Shown: in pieces, positions 61,603 through 64,000 of the stretch
Numbering within the stretch: the first letter of the stretch is position 1
How the letters are laid out: the number at the start of each line of letters is the position of its first letter
Assembly: GCA_963771355.1 (NCBI GenBank)
Contig: CAVYTA010000006.1
Span: forward strand, 1,120,001 to 1,184,000
Direction of reading: 5' to 3'
DNA: 64,000 nt
Origin: an uncultured Candidatus Rokubacteria bacterium
GTDB lineage: Bacteria; Methylomirabilota; Methylomirabilia; Rokubacteriales; CSP1-6
Notes under the pieces: generated by a model
What the model was told of the DNA's origin: nothing
What the model saw: the letters and a program-made list of their open reading frames with translations, nothing else
Database searches by the model: none
Made by a program: the position numbers and the translations under genes

Positions 61603-62180
61603 GCCCGGCGCTCCCGGAGCCACGCCAGCACGGTCTCCGCGTTCCGGTCGGGCGGGAACACGGGGTACCAGACCGTCACGATGCGGCCGCCCTCGACGTA
61701 CCAGGCCATGCGCTTGATGAGGGTGGCGGGCCCGCCCGTCGGCGTGGCGAACTGGAAGGTGGGGAGCGTGAGTGCCTGGGTGAGCTCGAGGGCGGCGTCG
61801 CTGAGGATCTCGAAGGGGATGTGGTTGCGCTCCACGAACTCGCGCTGGTACGCCGTGTCCTGCGTGCTCACCGCGGCGATGCGGACGCCCAGGGCGGCGA
61901 ACTCCGCGGCGAGGTCGCGGAAGCCGCAGCTCTGCGGGGTGCAGCCCCGCGCGCCCGGAATGGCGTCCCACTCCGGGCCGGCGGGGCGTCCTGCCTCGCC
62001 GGTGCGCGGATAGAAGAACAGCACCCCGGGCTCCGCCGACCAGAGACGGAGATCCACCGAGCGCCCGGAGGTGGCCGGCAGCGTCACCGCCGGAACCGCC
62101 GCGCCCGGGAGATGGGCGGTCGCCCCATCGTCCACGGGCACGGGCAGCCCCGCCGGCAGCGTGTGGAGACTTCCCGTCAC
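61599..62180 (-). CDS. Peroxiredoxin (BCP/AhpC-TSA family)
   Basis: FFYPRTG, PGARGCTPQSCGFRD, YPVFPPDRNA; overlaps both pdx genes. Confidence 0.88.
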   Translation of the reverse strand: MTGSLHTLPAGLPVPVDDGATAHLPGAAVPAVTLPATSGRSVDLRLWSAEPGVLFFYPRTGEAGRPAGPEWDAIPGARGCTPQSCGFRDLAAEFAALGVRIAAVSTQDTAYQREFVERNHIPFEILSDAALELTQALTLPTFQFATPTGGPATLIKRMAWYVEGGRIVTVWYPVFPPDRNAETVLAWLRERRA

Positions 62181-63064
62181 TACCAGCCTCGCGTCTGCAG
62201 GAGCTCCGACTCCTTGAGCTTGGAGGTCTCGATGCCGGGCATCGCCTCCCCCAGCTCCTCCGACACCTTCGCCAGCACGTCGGCATCCTTGAAGTGGGTG
62301 GTCGCCTGCACGATGGCCCGCGCGCGCGCGGCGGGATCGGACGACTTGAAGATGCCGGAGCCCACGAACACCGCCTCCGCTCCGAGCTGCATCATCAGCG
62401 CGGCGTCGGCCGGGGTGGCGATACCGCCGGCCGAGAAGTTCGGCACCGGCAGCTTGCCCTCGGCGGCAATGAGGCGCAGCAGCTCGTAGGGCGCGCCGAG
62501 GTTCTTGGCCTCGGTCATGAGCTCCTCCGGCCCCAGCGCCTTCAGCCGCCGGATGCCCGACACCACCGCGCGCATGTGCCGCACCGCCTCGACGATGTTG
62601 CCCGAGCCCGCCTCGCCCTTGGTGCGGATCATCGCGGCGCCCTCGCCGATGCGGCGAAGCGCCTCGCCGAGGTCCCGGCAGCCGCAGACGAAGGGCACCT
62701 TGAAGGCGAACTTGTCCACGTGGAAGTGCTCGTCGGCGGGGGTGAGGACCTCGGACTCGTCGATGTAGTCCACGCCCAGCGACTCCAGGATCTGCGCCTC
62801 GACGAAGTGGCCGATCCGGCACTTGGCCATCACGGGGATGGACACCGCTTGCTGGATCTCCTTGATCTTCTTCACCGGGGACATCCGCGCCACCCCGCCG
62901 TCACGCCGGATGTCGGACGGCACGCGCTCCAGCGCCATCACCGCCACCGCGCCGGCGTCCTCGGCGATCTTGGCCTGGTCGGCATTGGTCACGTCCATGA
63001 TCACGCCGCCCTTGAGCATCTCCGCCAGCCCGACCTTCAGTCTCAGTGTTCCCGTGTCTGCCAT
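62180..63064 (-). CDS. pdxS: PLP synthase lyase subunit
   Basis: [49 protein letters not shown]-terminal RGW. Confidence 0.98.
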   Translation of the reverse strand: MADTGTLRLKVGLAEMLKGGVIMDVTNADQAKIAEDAGAVAVMALERVPSDIRRDGGVARMSPVKKIKEIQQAVSIPVMAKCRIGHFVEAQILESLGVDYIDESEVLTPADEHFHVDKFAFKVPFVCGCRDLGEALRRIGEGAAMIRTKGEAGSGNIVEAVRHMRAVVSGIRRLKALGPEELMTEAKNLGAPYELLRLIAAEGKLPVPNFSAGGIATPADAALMMQLGAEAVFVGSGIFKSSDPAARARAIVQATTHFKDADVLAKVSEELGEAMPGIETSKLKESELLQTRGW

Positions 63065-63104
63065 TGCCGTGGTCTCCTTTTCTGGATTGACTGCCGTGGT
63101 GCCG

Positions 63105-63764
63105 TCAGTTCCCGCCCAGTCGGGCGAGAAGGTGCGTCTTGGCCGCCGGCCACTCCGCCTCGAGCAGCGAGAAGGCCGCGGTGTCCCGGATGCCGCCGTC
63201 CGAGGCGGGACGGTGGGCGCGAAGCACGCCGTCGAAGCGAGCCCCGATCCGCTCGATGGCGGCGCGCGAGCGCGCGTTGCGCGCATCGGTGTTGAGCTTC
63301 ACCGCATGCACGCGCCACGTCTCGAACGCGTGCGTGAGCATCAAGAGCTTGGCCTCGGTGTTGATGGGCGTGCGCTGGGCGGCGGCGGCCAGCCAGGTCC
63401 ACCCGACCTCCACCACATCGGGGCGCTCCGCCCCGCGCTGAAGGACATTGCCCGCCGGCCAGGGCCAGAACTCTATATTACCGAAGCGCGTGGACCCCAC
63501 CACCTGCCCGCTCGTGCGCGAGACGGTGGCGAACGGCAGCGCGCGTCCCGCCGCCTGATCGTCGAGGGCCGACGCGATGTAGGCCCGCATGGCGGCCAGA
63601 TCCGGCGGCACCAGGGTGAAGCGGTAGGTGTCGCGGGGCCCCCCGGCCGCCGCGGTGAGCGCGGGCGCATGCGCGAGCGCGAGCGGCTCGAGCCGCACGT
63701 GCTGCCCCTCGAGCGTCACCGCGGTCACGCGCGGACGAGCCACCGCGTCCATGGCCACCGTCAC
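63105..63764 (-). CDS. RimJ/RimL-type GNAT N-acetyltransferase
   Basis: [44 protein letters not shown]. Confidence 0.9.
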   Translation of the reverse strand: MTVAMDAVARPRVTAVTLEGQHVRLEPLALAHAPALTAAAGGPRDTYRFTLVPPDLAAMRAYIASALDDQAAGRALPFATVSRTSGQVVGSTRFGNIEFWPWPAGNVLQRGAERPDVVEVGWTWLAAAAQRTPINTEAKLLMLTHAFETWRVHAVKLNTDARNARSRAAIERIGARFDGVLRAHRPASDGGIRDTAAFSLLEAEWPAAKTHLLARLGGN

Positions 63765-64000
63765 CGGAGGGCCTCCTCGAGGTCGGCCAGGAGATCGACC
63801 GGGTCCTCGAGACCCACCGACACCCGCACCAGCCCGGGGCCGATGCCCAGCGCGGCCTTGTCCTCGTCGGGCACGCGCCGGTGCGAGGTGCGAGCCGGAT
63901 AGGTCCAGGTGGTGGCCACGTCGCCGAAGCTCGGCGCGAAGTCCATCAGCTTGGTGCGCGCCATGAACCGCTCCACCGCGAGCGCTCCGCCGGCCAGGTC
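63761..64000 (-). CDS. Cys/Met metabolism PLP enzyme (cystathionine gamma-lyase/synthase family), C-terminal part only
   Basis: APSFGDVATT, PARTSH, GLVRVSVGLEDPVDLLADL; 5' end outside window. Confidence 0.85.
   Translation of the reverse strand, partial: DLAGGALAVERFMARTKLMDFAPSFGDVATTWTYPARTSHRRVPDEDKAALGIGPGLVRVSVGLEDPVDLLADLEEALR

Overview
High-GC (roughly 70% by eye) bacterial chromosome segment. Gene content and order resemble Ca. Rokubacteria/Methylomirabilota or Deltaproteobacteria-like lineages (low-confidence inference). About 60 real genes; all but one (a YeeE/YedE transporter) lie on the minus strand, and most long plus-strand ORFs in the track are antisense shadows. In transcription order (right to left): a PLP transsulfuration enzyme (partial), GNAT, pdxS-prx-pdxT; an oxalate-oxidoreductase-like operon (delta/gamma, alpha with YPIRP, beta) with a TctCBA transporter, TerC and a FadR/GntR regulator; ppdK; ilvBHC-psd-pssA-leuB-asd-truA; a Tat-exported selenocysteine formate dehydrogenase (in-frame UGA plus SECIS) with Fe-S and NrfD subunits, fdhD, fdhE; ccsA-hemACDB, a CymR-CysK-ubiquitin-like carrier-JAMM cassette, hemL; alternative complex III actBCDEF without actA; moeA; cpoB-like; dprA-topA-xerC-hslVU-argBDFG-comB-pgsA-plsY-gpsA-galT; tRNA Gly-Cys-Leu; yjbQ; an internally deleted rtcB; a radical SAM gene (partial). 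No mobile elements or CRISPR seen. Best candidate for a new system: the same FadR-type operator (GTATGGTCnGACCA) overlaps the predicted promoters of both the OOR-like operon and the Sec-FDH operon about 19 kb away, suggesting one oxalate/formate regulon. Other oddities: three +1 frameshifts confined to the FDH operon, an ACG start for truA, a sulfur carrier with a masked GG end, and four apparently leaderless genes.
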